A stretch of 64,000 nucleotides of DNA, taken from contig OZ024743.1 in the NCBI GenBank assembly GCA_964016885.1, positions 58,776,001-58,840,000 of the forward strand, given 5' to 3'. Numbering within the stretch: position 1 is the first letter of the stretch; the number at the start of each line of letters is the position of its first letter. Below the pieces are notes generated by a model. It was not told where the DNA came from. It did not search any database and saw only the letters and a list, made by a program, of their open reading frames with translations. A program made the position numbers and the translations under genes. Below, piece after piece: positions 40,140-50,989 of this stretch. The stretch is from Eledone cirrhosa (lineage: Eukaryota).

Positions 40140-40828
40140 GTTTAGACTTGTGATGTATATATATATTGACAGAATCTTCCTTAGTATATGGGTAGTTCCC
40201 ATTAGTACTTAGTTTCCTCTTTCTTCTATAAGCTGGTTTCCTGGGATTTGGGATATGTAATCATTAGACTCCTTAGGTATCCTTCCTAGAGCGCCTACAA
40301 CTACTGGTGTTGTTTTAGTTCTCAAATTCCGCATTTTCCCAATCTCTATCTTCAGTTCCTTATTCTTGCTCAATTTTTCAAATGTTTTAATCGATACATT
40401 CTTGTCTATAGGAGCGGATATGTCAATTAGCAGGCATCCCCTCTTTTAAAGTCCTTCAGTATTATATCAGGTCTATTTGCATCTATTTTGCATCTATTTT
40501 TGTTCTGTTTGGATGCTAAAATGCCACAAAATTGAAATGTGACTTGTTTCATGTATGGGAGGTGGTTGATGCTGCCCCTAATTCATTTGAAGGGGCAGGT
40601 CAAAATTACACATTACCCAATGTATGTATTTTGCAGCTCTGTCGTGCCTGTTTAGGTATTCGGCTGGAACTATACGACTGCACCTTGAAATTATATGATC
40701 AATGTTCTCTTGCTGTATTTTACATATATAGAATAATGGGTTGCATCCATTTTTTATGATGTTGGCTTGATAATCTTTTGTTGGCAGACACTGATCTTGT
40801 GCTGATATAATCAGTCCTTCAGTTTTTC
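40140..40828 (-). mobile_element. R4/Dong-like RLE C-terminal fragment (second subfamily)
   Basis: Minus-strand translation: KTEGLIISAQDQCLPT, NRHDRAAKYIHW, LWHFSIQT, ANRPDII, LLIDISAP, PVVVGALG. Confidence 0.8.
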
Positions 40829-40865
40829 GAAAGTAGGTTTATAATTATTATTTTTCATTCAACTT

Positions 40866-41092
40866 TCGTAGCTGTCTCAGCGGCCTAGTTGAAGGAATCG
40901 TAGACGGTGGTGAACTTGGTCCGAAGTTCGAGCCTAGTCGTGAGTAGGTTTCCCGGTAAACTTTTTCAGTTTTTTTTTATGGGATATAAAATAAAAACTG
41001 AAAAAGTTTACATGCACCACTTGGAATTGAAACCTAGATCAAGATCTACACTGTCTCTAGTACCTACCGCTTGGCTACTGAGACAGCCACGA
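40866..41092. repeat. Convergent inverted pair of tRNA-like (A-box/B-box) units
   Basis: Plus: TTCGTAGCTGTCTCAGCGGCCTAGTTG..GTTCGAGCC..GTAAACTTTTTCAG. Minus: TTCGTGGCTGTCTCAGTAGCCAAGCGG..GTTTCAATTCC..GTAAACTTTTTCAG. Confidence 0.6.
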
Positions 41093-41189
41093 AAATAGAG
41101 ATATTTGAATATACTATGATTTGAATATACTAAGATTTGGGCTTACTTTATTCATATATATAAATGATTTTGCATTTCTGTTAGATTCA

Positions 41190-41943
41190 AACTTACAATG
41201 ATTGGCATTGTATATATTAGGAATGGTGCTCTGAAATAGCGATGTATACATGAATGTATGTATAGTATATTTGGCAATATACAGTATGTTTAATCAAAAA
41301 TATTTAGAAGACCATACGCTATCAGTTTTAAAGTAATCACTATGTAACTTCATTTCGGCGAAAGGAAGTGAGAGAAGCTGTCAGTCCGTTTCACGCTGGT
41401 GGGCGTTCATCAGAGCCACGTACACCCCTGATTCCGCCAAAAATTATAGAAGCTGGATTCTTATAGAATCTCTGTAATAATCAGGAGCTGATTATTCTGA
41501 GCGATTGTCGGTCAGCAAAAATTAGGTATTAGGATTGTTGCTCTGAAATAGCGATGTATATATGAATGTAAGTCTAGTCTATTTGGCAATATACCGTATG
41601 TTTAATTAAACACATTTAGAAGACCACACGCTATCAGTTTTAAAATAGTGACTATGTCACTTACTTCATTTCGGCGAAAGAAGGGAGAGAAGATGACAGT
41701 CTGTTTCACGCTGGTTGCCACATACTCCCCTGCTTCCGCCGAAAATTATAGAAGTTGGATTCTTATTGAATTCCAGTAATAATCAGGAGCTCATTATGCT
41801 CATTATGCCGGTCCAGCAAAAATTAGATATCAGGATTGGTGCTCTGGAATAGCGAGGTATACATGAATGTATGTATCGTATATTTGGCAATATACCATGT
41901 TTAATTAAAAACATTTAGAAGACCAGCTTACAATGATTAGCAT

Positions 41944-41945
<2 letters not shown>
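41190..41945. repeat. Tandem repeat, ~300-310-bp unit, ~2.3 copies
   Basis: GCTCTG(A/G)AATAGCGA..TGAATGTA..ATTTGGCAATATAC..ATTTAGAAGACCA recurs at ~41228, ~41540 and ~41841. Confidence 0.88.
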
Positions 41946-41979
<34 letters not shown>

Positions 41980-42192
41980 CGCAAAAGAATGAGTTACAAG
42001 TCGTTCAAACATATATATGTTTGTTGAAATAATCAAATTAAATTAATTCAACAGTTAAACTCACATAGGAATAATGATGTTGTCACCAAAGACCCAGGAG
42101 ATTGACAAGTCGCCCCTAAATATTACTAATAGCATTAAGAATGAAAGACACCACATATTTTTAACTTTGATTCTGAAAGTAGGTTTATAATT

Positions 42193-42339
42193 AATTGTTT
42201 CTACTTTAGGCACAAGGCCAGAAATTACCCAGTGCATTACTGGTACTTTATTTTATCGACCCCGTAAGGATGAAAGGCAAAGTCAACCTCGGCGGGATTT
42301 GATCTCAGATCGTAAAGGGACGTAACTATGCTGGAAAGT
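42193..42339 (-). mobile_element. 5'-truncated SINE copy with TSD
   Basis: Family core present; GAAAGTAGGTTTATAA is duplicated at ~42175 and ~42335. Confidence 0.88.
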
Positions 42340-42368
42340 AGGTTTATAACTAATAATTTTTATTATGC

Positions 42369-42470
42369 TTCGTAGCTCTCTCGGCAGCCTAGTTGGAGCA
42401 ATCATGGATGGTGGTTATCCTGGTCTGAAGTTCGATCCTGGTGGAAAGTATGGTAAACCTTTTCAGTCCA
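42369..42470 (+). repeat. Third tRNA-like unit related to 40866
   Basis: TTCGTAGCTCTCTCGGCAGCCTAGTTGG..GAAGTTCGATCC..GGTAAACCTTTTCAG. Confidence 0.6.
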
Positions 42471-42850
42471 GAGGGTGCCAACCACTGATGGGTGTCAACA
42501 TAGGATCGTTAGCTTTTACAGGGTATTTTCCATACGGAGGCATTTCTTGTCATTTCTTAGGCAGTTTCTTTCTTTACTATTACTTTTACCTGCTTGCTTT
42601 TTCTGTGTTTTTCATTTCAGCAGTAAGGGGAACTTCTAAAATGTGTACATTCCTGTATCCATTTGCATCGTTTATAATGGAGTATTACCTTGTGTTGCTT
42701 TCATATTTCAAAACGAGTTTGATATTTCAATCATGTGCTTCCCTTAGATATGTAGATAATCCAATTGTTGCAGTTTTCAAAGAAATATCACCCTTTACAG
42801 GGTGTCGTATTCGTATTTGTGTAAAAATATTTTTTTTGAAAAATTTCAAC

Positions 42851-44860
42851 ATGGATAACACAAGAAAGAGAGAGAGCGCTGTCAGACAACACAGAGAGAG
42901 GGAGACTTTATCAGCATGTCAACAAGACAGCGTTCAAAGCGGAGGTAAATATAAACGAAAATATTACAAAGGAAAAGAAGATTGTTACAGATTTAAAATT
43001 AACAAATATTTCTAACACAAGCAACACCAACAATATCACAAACAACAACACCAACAACAACACCATCAATAACAACAGCAACAACAAAAATAACAGCGGT
43101 AAAGTCGAGAACGACAATAACAAAAATAACAGCGGTAAGGTCGAGAACAACAGCCGCAACAACAATAATAGTAGGAACAGTATCAACAAAAACAACAATA
43201 ATAACAACATCCACAATAATAACAACAACAACAGCAACAGTATCAACGAAAACAACAACAACAACACCAACAACTGTACCAACGAAAACAACAACAATGA
43301 CACCGATACCTGTAATTGCGATCTCAGCACCAGTAGCGGCAGAAAAATGGGATCACTTCTTTTGCAGGTGTCGCCCGAAATATCCAGACAGTGTTAGTCA
43401 CAGAGGAGGAGATGGCAGTCGCAAGGGCTATGGTGACAAGAAGCGCAAATAAGATTCCCTGAAACCGCCACCCGATTTTTTCAAGGACCAGCAGCTACGG
43501 AGGGTGACTTACCGAACCGTAAGCAAAATCTCACATCGAGTGGAGAGAGCCACGGAGGCTCAAATACAAAAGGCCTTGGGGTGCGTCTGGGCACGCAAAA
43601 CCTGCATCACCCCAGGCAGAAAGTACGCCACAGTAGACGTACTTTTCGCCACCCCTCAGGAAACAAAGTCTCACTCTTTGGAAATCCTAAAGAGTCAGGA
43701 GATAGTCTTGGTGCTCTCCTACTGCGGGCAGAAAATTGTGAGGGTCAAAGTGACCCAGGTCCCACCCGACGTGCCCATACCTTGCCTGGCCGCATCTGTC
43801 CTTGCTGGAATCGAGAACAGGACGACCATGCTGCAAGTAGAGAAAATAGGGAGAGAGAACTCGTTAGGTATAGGCATGCAAATGCTTATACAAACTGACC
43901 AGGGATGTATCGACGCTATCCCTGATATCATAGACATCGAGGAAGGACTCCAACTCCCTATAAGTGTAGAAGGAAGACGGCCAAAATGTTATCTCTGTCA
44001 GTCGAAGGGTCACCTCAGGGCGTTTTGCCCGCAGAAGACAGCGAAAAAGGCCCCTCTCCTTCCAATACCTGGTCCGCTGCTACCTAGAGCAGGGCAGGCA
44101 ACAAACGAAGAAGCCCCTTCCACGGTGAGTAGGAAGGCAACGTCCGTAGCACCCGTACCAAGGCCACGGACAACTAAAGCAACTTCATCAGTGGCGACAA
44201 CACCACTAGCTACATTTGAAGTAGCTACACCAGCAACAAAATTGCCGAAGAGGGCTCCACTACCACCACCAACAGCCGTGGAGCACATACCCCTCCCAGA
44301 CGCCACAGAATCCGACATGGAGTTTGAGGCGGGAGTGAAGTGGCAAACGGTCTGCCACAAAAAACAAATAACAAAAAACCCTTAGGTTCACCCTCCAAAA
44401 GCGAAGGCATACAAAGAGGGGTAAAGGCAGCAAGGAAACTTGCAGCAACACCACCACCCTCACCACCACAAGCACCACTGACAACAACAACTTCACCACC
44501 ACCAGCATCACCAAAAACACCAACAACGCAAACACAACAAGACACATACACCAAACAGCAACGAGAAGAAAACAACAACAAAATCACCCCTCCCCCAAAA
44601 AGGTACACAGCCATAAACATGCCAAAAAAAGAACTCACCAACATCAAGAACTCTCCCGACAAACATAAGCATCATCGAAATCTCAATAGAACAGTACAAA
44701 TCTTTAAAGCAAAAATTCCCCAACGCAGTTGGAGACTTCAGAGGATCGGTTACCAAGAGGATATACACTGACATCCTCTTGGAAGCACCCATGACCAGCG
44801 AAAGGGACGGTTCTACTGTCCCTTCACCACACGAACAAGAGAAGTGACCCTTTCTCACTT
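42851..44860 (+). pseudogene. LINE ORF1 (gag-like, CCHC zinc knuckle), frameshifted
   Basis: VEGRRPKCYLCQSKGHLRAFCP in ORF 43504-44385, with low-complexity N/T/P-rich flanks. Confidence 0.85.
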
Positions 44861-44879
44861 GCCCCGTTTCTCATCCAAC

Positions 44880-47095
44880 ATGGCCGTACTAAGAATAGTC
44901 AGTATAAATGCACGTGGCCTGGGGTCATCTTGGAAGCAGGGTCACCTGCTCAACGACCTCAGGTCACTAAACATAGATGTGGTGGCCATCAGTGAAACCA
45001 GAATCCCCGAAACACAAGCCTTCGCACCGATCTTCGGCGGCTACGATGTATACGCATCTCCCAGCCGTCCAGGATCGGGGGGAGGGGTCGCCGTCCTTTT
45101 TCGGAAAGGCTTGGATCTCGCGATACGGGCCATCTTCCTGGACCCAGAAGGTAAGTCGGTGGTGCTGGACGTGACCGGCAGCGAAGGCAATGCTTTCAGG
45201 CTGGTTTCTGTCTACGCCCCAACAGGGGCAGGACGGCCAAATTTCTTCAGACATCTAGAGACCTTTCTTGGAACGTCCCGCTCTTTAGTGTTAGTGGGCG
45301 ACTGGAATGGTATCTTGGATGCACGCTGGAATCGTGTGGGGGTAGTGGATAGGGGAGGAGGGTGCAAGAGCCTCACCAACCTGCTCAGACGTTTTGAACT
45401 GTCTGACAGGTATCGACTGGATCACCCGAATGTGCCAATGTGGACATGGACAAACCGTATCGGGTCATCCAGATCGTATCTCCATAGGGTATTCAGCAGA
45501 GAACTAGATAAGGCTAGTATAAGTTGTCCACAATTTAAAATAGTCGACTACACAGTCCACAAATTTGTGATCTGTGAGATCGACAAAGACAGACTTCATA
45601 GACAAGGGCCTGGTTACTGAAAGCTGAACGCGTCTTTCCCGGAGCGCAAGGCCTACAGACACCAGATTAGCGTATTAGTTAAGCGGGCGTTGACGGGAGC
45701 GGTCGTCAACAACAGCTGGTGGTTCGCCTTGAAAAAGGGCAATTAAAGTAGAGTAGATTAGGTTTAGCAAAGGAGTAGTGATAGAGGAACATAGAGTAGA
45801 GGGAGAGCTAGTCAGAAACTAGAAGAGGCGTTTAGGACAGGCATCGCAACCGACGTGCTTGCGGCGAGATTGGCCCTCGACCAATTCTTCAAGGCAAAAC
45901 ACGAAGGCTGCGTTGTCAGAGCTAGAGCGCGTGCTCTGAAACACGAGGGGACAAACGCCGTCCAATGAGCCCGGGTGGCAGAGGCGCGACGTGGCAACAA
46001 AGCCACAATTCGGTCTTTGTCTGACCAAAACAGGTGCGTGATGCTCGAAACCGAGCGGATGTGTGAAGCTTTTCAGCAGCACTTTGCTGAACTGTTAGAG
46101 AGCGGCGGAGGCCCGGATCGGGGCATTAATTTCAGTGCATACCTCGACGGACTGCCTCGGCTCTCAACGACCTCAGCACAGTGTTGCTAAAAGCCAATAA
46201 CAGCTGGTGAAATACGGGAAGCAATGGCTAACTGCACAAGGGGTGAATCGCCAGGTTTGGATGGTCTGCCCTACGAGCTTTATGCATTTATGCCAGACTT
46301 GTTCGGTGACCTCTTGGCAGACGTTTACTGCAAATGGCAGCAGAACTGGAGCATTCCCAGTTTTGTGAGCCGGGGAGCAGTGGCGCTGCTGAGAAAAGTC
46401 CCGAACAAGGGGGATGTTATCGAAAATTTCAGAGCCATAACCATGCTAAACGCAGAGTTCAAGATTTTGGTCTAGGTGTTAGCAACGAGGTTGGCGCTTG
46501 TCGTCAAGGGTCTGGTGGGAGAGGCGTCGAAGAAGATCAGCTGTTTGCTCTCTTCCGGATAACTTTCACCCCAGGATCTATGGATAACTTCCAGAAATCC
46601 CCGACTTGGCAGTGCTACCGGGGAGCATTGCCGGCTCGAGATAAGCTCTACAGGCATGGAAGTGCCGTCAGCCGAGCCTGTCCGAGATGCGCGAAGAGCG
46701 ACTAAACCGTCGTGCACGCACTCTTTCAGTGACCGGGTATTGCTGACTTGTGGTGCTATGTCGAACATTTGCTGACACATGTAGGACCGATCATGTTATC
46801 GACTGAGTCCATTGTGCAGATGATCTCGCCGTCTTCTTTCGAGGAGGAAGGGCAGGTAGTCTTCATCTGCCTGGTGGCCATGGCGAAAGAGGTTTTGTAG
46901 TGGACAAGGTTGAAAGGGTTAAAGAGAGACACTTTCCTCTTCGGCGAATCCCTGATTAACTTTTTAAAGTTTCACTTGAAAAAGAAAATCAGGGTGGAGA
47001 GGCAAGTGCTGCCTTTTAGGAAGTTTGTTGAAAGGTGGGTGAATGCAGCGAGAATGGTCCGAGTGAACGGGATCGCTCTGAATATACGCTTGTAG
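44880..47095 (+). pseudogene. LINE ORF2 (APE endonuclease, partial RT, zinc finger), disrupted
   Basis: SINARGL, ISET, GGGVAVL, VYAP, LVGDWN, SPGLDGLPYELY, NFRAITMLNAEFKIL, CPRC. Confidence 0.9.
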
Positions 47096-47424
47096 TTTGA
47101 GGAATGAACAATTTGAGAGAGGGCGCTTGCCCTGGTGGTCAGGGTGGACGTGGTCTTTTAAGTGTTTTTCGCCACGAGTAACCTCGGAGATTTCCAACAT
47201 ATTGGGGAATTTTTCATTGTTTGAATTTTCATTTTTATTGTTCATATATATATATGTTTCGATGTCTTTTTTTTCTTTTTCGTTTCTTATATAAATAATA
47301 AATATCTTTACACGCGCAAAACCCACATCGTACCGTCCTGTACAGTCCTGTGCCGTCTGTAATGTTTTTCTTGATGTCAGCCCTTGTGGCCAATAAAGAA
47401 ATTATTACTATTATTATTATTGAT

Positions 47425-48435
47425 ATTTTTATTCTTTGAGTCTCAGTCATTGATGTTATTTAACTGCAAAGTTTGTTGAAATGAATATCAAGCCGCTACC
47501 TGCAGCCTCAGATATTCAGGACGTATCGGAGGGTTTTTGCTGTTCCCAGCAAGCATGCCTTTTGAAGTGTTCCGAAAAGCGGGGCTGCACTAATTTTCTT
47601 TAACCATCTTTGGAACCTCTTTGAGATAGTACCTAGTGCACCTATAACAATCGGGACGACTCTGACTTCATGGCAGTTCCAAATCCTTTTTACCTCCCAC
47701 TTTAAGTCCTGGTATCGGTTAATTTTCTCCCTCTCCCTTTCTTGCACTCTCGTGTCGAATGGGAAGGCTACATCTACAATCAGGCACGATCCTTTTTCCA
47801 AAAGCACCAGGTCAGGCCTATTGTGTTCTAATTTCTTGTCCGTCTGTATCCTAAAATCCCATAGTACATTCACCTGATCGTTTTCTAACACCGACTCTGG
47901 CTTATGCTTATACCACTTCTCGGAATGTGATAAATTGTTTACTTTGCACAAGTGCCAGTGGATCACCCTGCCCATCACATCATGTCTCCAGCCTTTATAG
48001 TGAGTCTGGGCTAGGTGTTTACAATCAGATACAATTTGAGCCACAGTCTCCTCTCTCTCTCCACAGATCCTACACAGTGGGCTAGCCTTATCCTTGTAAA
48101 TATGGTGTTTCATCCACTTCGTTCTGAGGGCCTGCTCTTGCGCAGCCATTAGCATTCCTTCTGTCGCCTTTCTAAGGTCTCCTCTTTTTAGCCAATTCCA
48201 TGTCTTGGGATTTCCAAATTCAGTTTTCTCAAAGAAAGGGATTTTTCATGAAGGTTGCTCCTACTCCTTGTTGTTATTGCCTCCTTGGACTTACCCTGGT
48301 CGCTTGTCCTCTCCTTCAATTCAATTCTAAGCATTGGCTCCCAACTGTCAGTAACGTATTTGTGCAGGTTGTTTTTCTCCATCTGAACACAGTCCTCTAT
48401 GCAGATAAGACCTCTTCCACCTTCAGATCTCTTTA
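47425..48435 (-). mobile_element. R4/Dong-like non-LTR retrotransposon 3' fragment (CCHC finger plus restriction-like endonuclease)
   Basis: ORF 47508-48155: AAQEQALRT, CRICGEREET..IVSDC, RHD, LWDFRIQTD..HNRPDLV, IVDVAFP, EKINRYQDL, VPIVIGALG. Confidence 0.88.
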
Positions 48436-48452
48436 AGTATTATTATTATTAT

Positions 48453-48825
48453 TTTCAAATTTCATTTGAAAAGGAAAATCAGGGTAGAGTGGGATGTGCT
48501 CTCTACCCAGCATTTTGTTGAAAGATGGGTGAGAGAGGCAAGAATGGCCCGAGTGAATGGGCCTACTCTGAGTATGTGTCTGTAAATTAAAGGTGGAAAA
48601 CTGGGAGAGGGTACTTGCCCTGGTCACTGTGGCTTTTTAATGGGCTTTCTCCACGAATGTCCCTCGGAAGTCTCCCCCATATTGGGGAATTTTTAATTGT
48701 TATATTATTGTTACATCTTCTGTTTTTGTTTTTTACACGCAGAAATGCCCATTTGTACCGTCCTGTATTGTCCTGCACTGTCCTTAATGTCTAAATTATG
48801 TAAACCCTTGTGGTTAATAAAGAAA
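48453..48825 (+). mobile_element. Short 3' fragment of the Tx1-like LINE, flanked by (ATT)n on both sides
   Basis: Near-identical to 54438-54805. Confidence 0.9.
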
Positions 48826-49065
48826 TCATTATTATTATTATTATTATTGGTGACCTACGTAGGAAATCGTATTATCTTGAGCTCCGAAAAGGTTTGTTGT
48901 TTTCGTTTGTTTAAAATTGCAATCTATGGAAAATGTTTGTTGTTGTTAACTGTTTATAAGGTCACACAATTTGCTTTCGGAAAAGGACACTCAAAAAGAT
49001 TGGGGCATTAAGCCCCAAATTTAAACTTTTATAATTATCAAACAAAAAAATTCTTTGAAAAAATC

Positions 49066-50957
49066 ATGGACGTCTCACAAACTAACACCTCACAACGACA
49101 CCACCATTGTAAATATTACTACGTTTGCCAACACTAAAAATATAAGCAGTAGCAATAATTTAAATTTGTCTCATGCAGACATTCATTTCCCGCCATTACC
49201 AATGACTGCAGGTGTTTAAGCCGCCACCCCTACCACCACCACAGCGACAACAGAAACAAAAGAAAAAAATAAATTATCTCGTGACATCGAAATGGATTCA
49301 CCCAGAATGGACTCTTCCACACCAAACGCCACTGACGCCGCCACCACCACAACTGAAACTAAAATTAGCAATAACAAAAATAACGATAACAACAACAGCA
49401 ACAATGAGAATAAGAAAACCCTGTCTTTTTCCAGAGTAGCAAAAAAGTGCGAAGCATTCCAGGTAACTCAAGAGGAATTAGAAGAAGCCAAAAGATGGGT
49501 ACAGGGTCAGCCTCACCCCCCTCCACCTAATAAAATGGAGCATCGGCGTCTATGCACCGTGTCTTATCGGACAATTAGCATGAAATCGCGCCGAGTGGAA
49601 CGGGCATCCGAGTCCCAAATCCAAAAAGCTTTGGGACATGTGTGGGCAAAAAAACCCACATCAGACGTGGGCAGAAATATGGAACCATGGACGTGTTCTT
49701 TGAAACACCACAGGAGGCCAGAGAACACTCCATGGCAACATTAAGTGGCGACTTCACACTCATCCCAAGCTATTGTGGCCAGAGATTCGTGAAGATCAGG
49801 GTGACCCACGTTCCACCGGCCATCGAAATTCCCTGGCTAATAGCTGCCGTCCTCGCCGGCATCGAAGCCAACACCAAGATAATCGAAATAGCGAAAGAAA
49901 AGCAGGAGAACTGGTCCGGATCTGGGATGGAGCTGCTGATCCAAGCGGACCAAAAAAGCATTGAGGAGATCCCAGAGGTAATAGATCCCACTGACGGCAG
50001 CCACCCCACCGTAATCGTCGAGGGCAGAAGGCCTAGGTGTGTCGTTTGTGGTGAAGAAATCCACCTAAGGGCTTTCTGCCCTCAGGCTAAAAGGTTGAGG
50101 CCACCTCTCTTACCCATCCCAGTGACGCAACCATCAACACAACCAGCAGCAGAGATGGCAGCAACAACTGTAGCAGCAACAACAGAAGCAACTGTAACAG
50201 CAACAACCCCAGCAACAGTAGCAAAACCACTACCACCACCACCCAACGCGCCAGAACTAGCACCAGCGCCTACACCATCCACCACGCCACAACCAAAACC
50301 AACGCCTGTGGAGGATTTTCCACTTCCCGGCCTATCACAACTGGAGACAGATTGGGACGACGAGGAGTGCAAAACGGTATCAGGAAAAAAGAAAAAAAGA
50401 AACCCCAAAATAAAAAAATTCTCTTCCTTCCCCCTCCAAAAACAATATACAGAGGGAAACAAATAAATTAACAAACAAAAAAAGTTAGGACATATATGCC
50501 ACCATCCACACCAGCATCACCAACCCCATCACCACAAACAACAACACCATCACCATCATTAACCCCAACACCACCATCACCTACACCACAAAAGTCACCA
50601 ACAAGCGAAACAGAAACAAACCCACAACAAACGCAAACAAAACAAAACAACCAGAACGATACACACTACACAGCATTAAATTTGAACAATAACCAATTAT
50701 TACACTACATCCAACACAACACCAGCCTCACAGAAAAAGACTACACAACAACCCAAAAGTTCAAACCACGTCCACACATACAAATCACTCGCATCACACA
50801 GAAAACGTACATGACACTAAAACAAAAATTCCCCAAAGACATCGGAGACTTCCGACAAGCACTCTCCAGGAGGATTTACAAGGACATCCTTCCGGAGGAA
50901 GCCACAAGCAGTGAAAAGGATGGACAAACCATCCTTCCTCTACGAGAAGTAAGGTAA
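49066..50957 (+). pseudogene. LINE ORF1 (gag-like zinc knuckle), frameshifted
   Basis: VEGRRPRCVVCGEEIHLRAFCP; homologous to copy 1 ORF1. Confidence 0.85.
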
Positions 50958-50989
50958 GTCGTCTTTCCCATCTTTTCCACTCCATTTTA

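Larger units (their letters stand above)
42790..47400 (+). mobile_element. L1/Tx1-like non-LTR retrotransposon, copy 1 (RT core deleted; 5' boundary uncertain)
   Basis: ORF1, APE and partial RT followed by a C-terminal zinc finger, 3' UTR, AATAAA and (ATT)n tail. Confidence 0.9.

Noticed and set aside
40866-41092. Functional tRNA genes
   Set aside because: Box-like motifs are present, but I could not build a consistent cloverleaf or anticodon arm.
41190-41945. Repeat array as a possible CRISPR
   Set aside because: The whole ~300-bp units are homologous, with no unique spacers and no cas genes, in a eukaryotic context.
42911-43330. Very hydrophobic Leu/Val minus-strand ORFs
   Set aside because: They are antisense to the (AAC)n-rich LINE ORF1 N-terminus.
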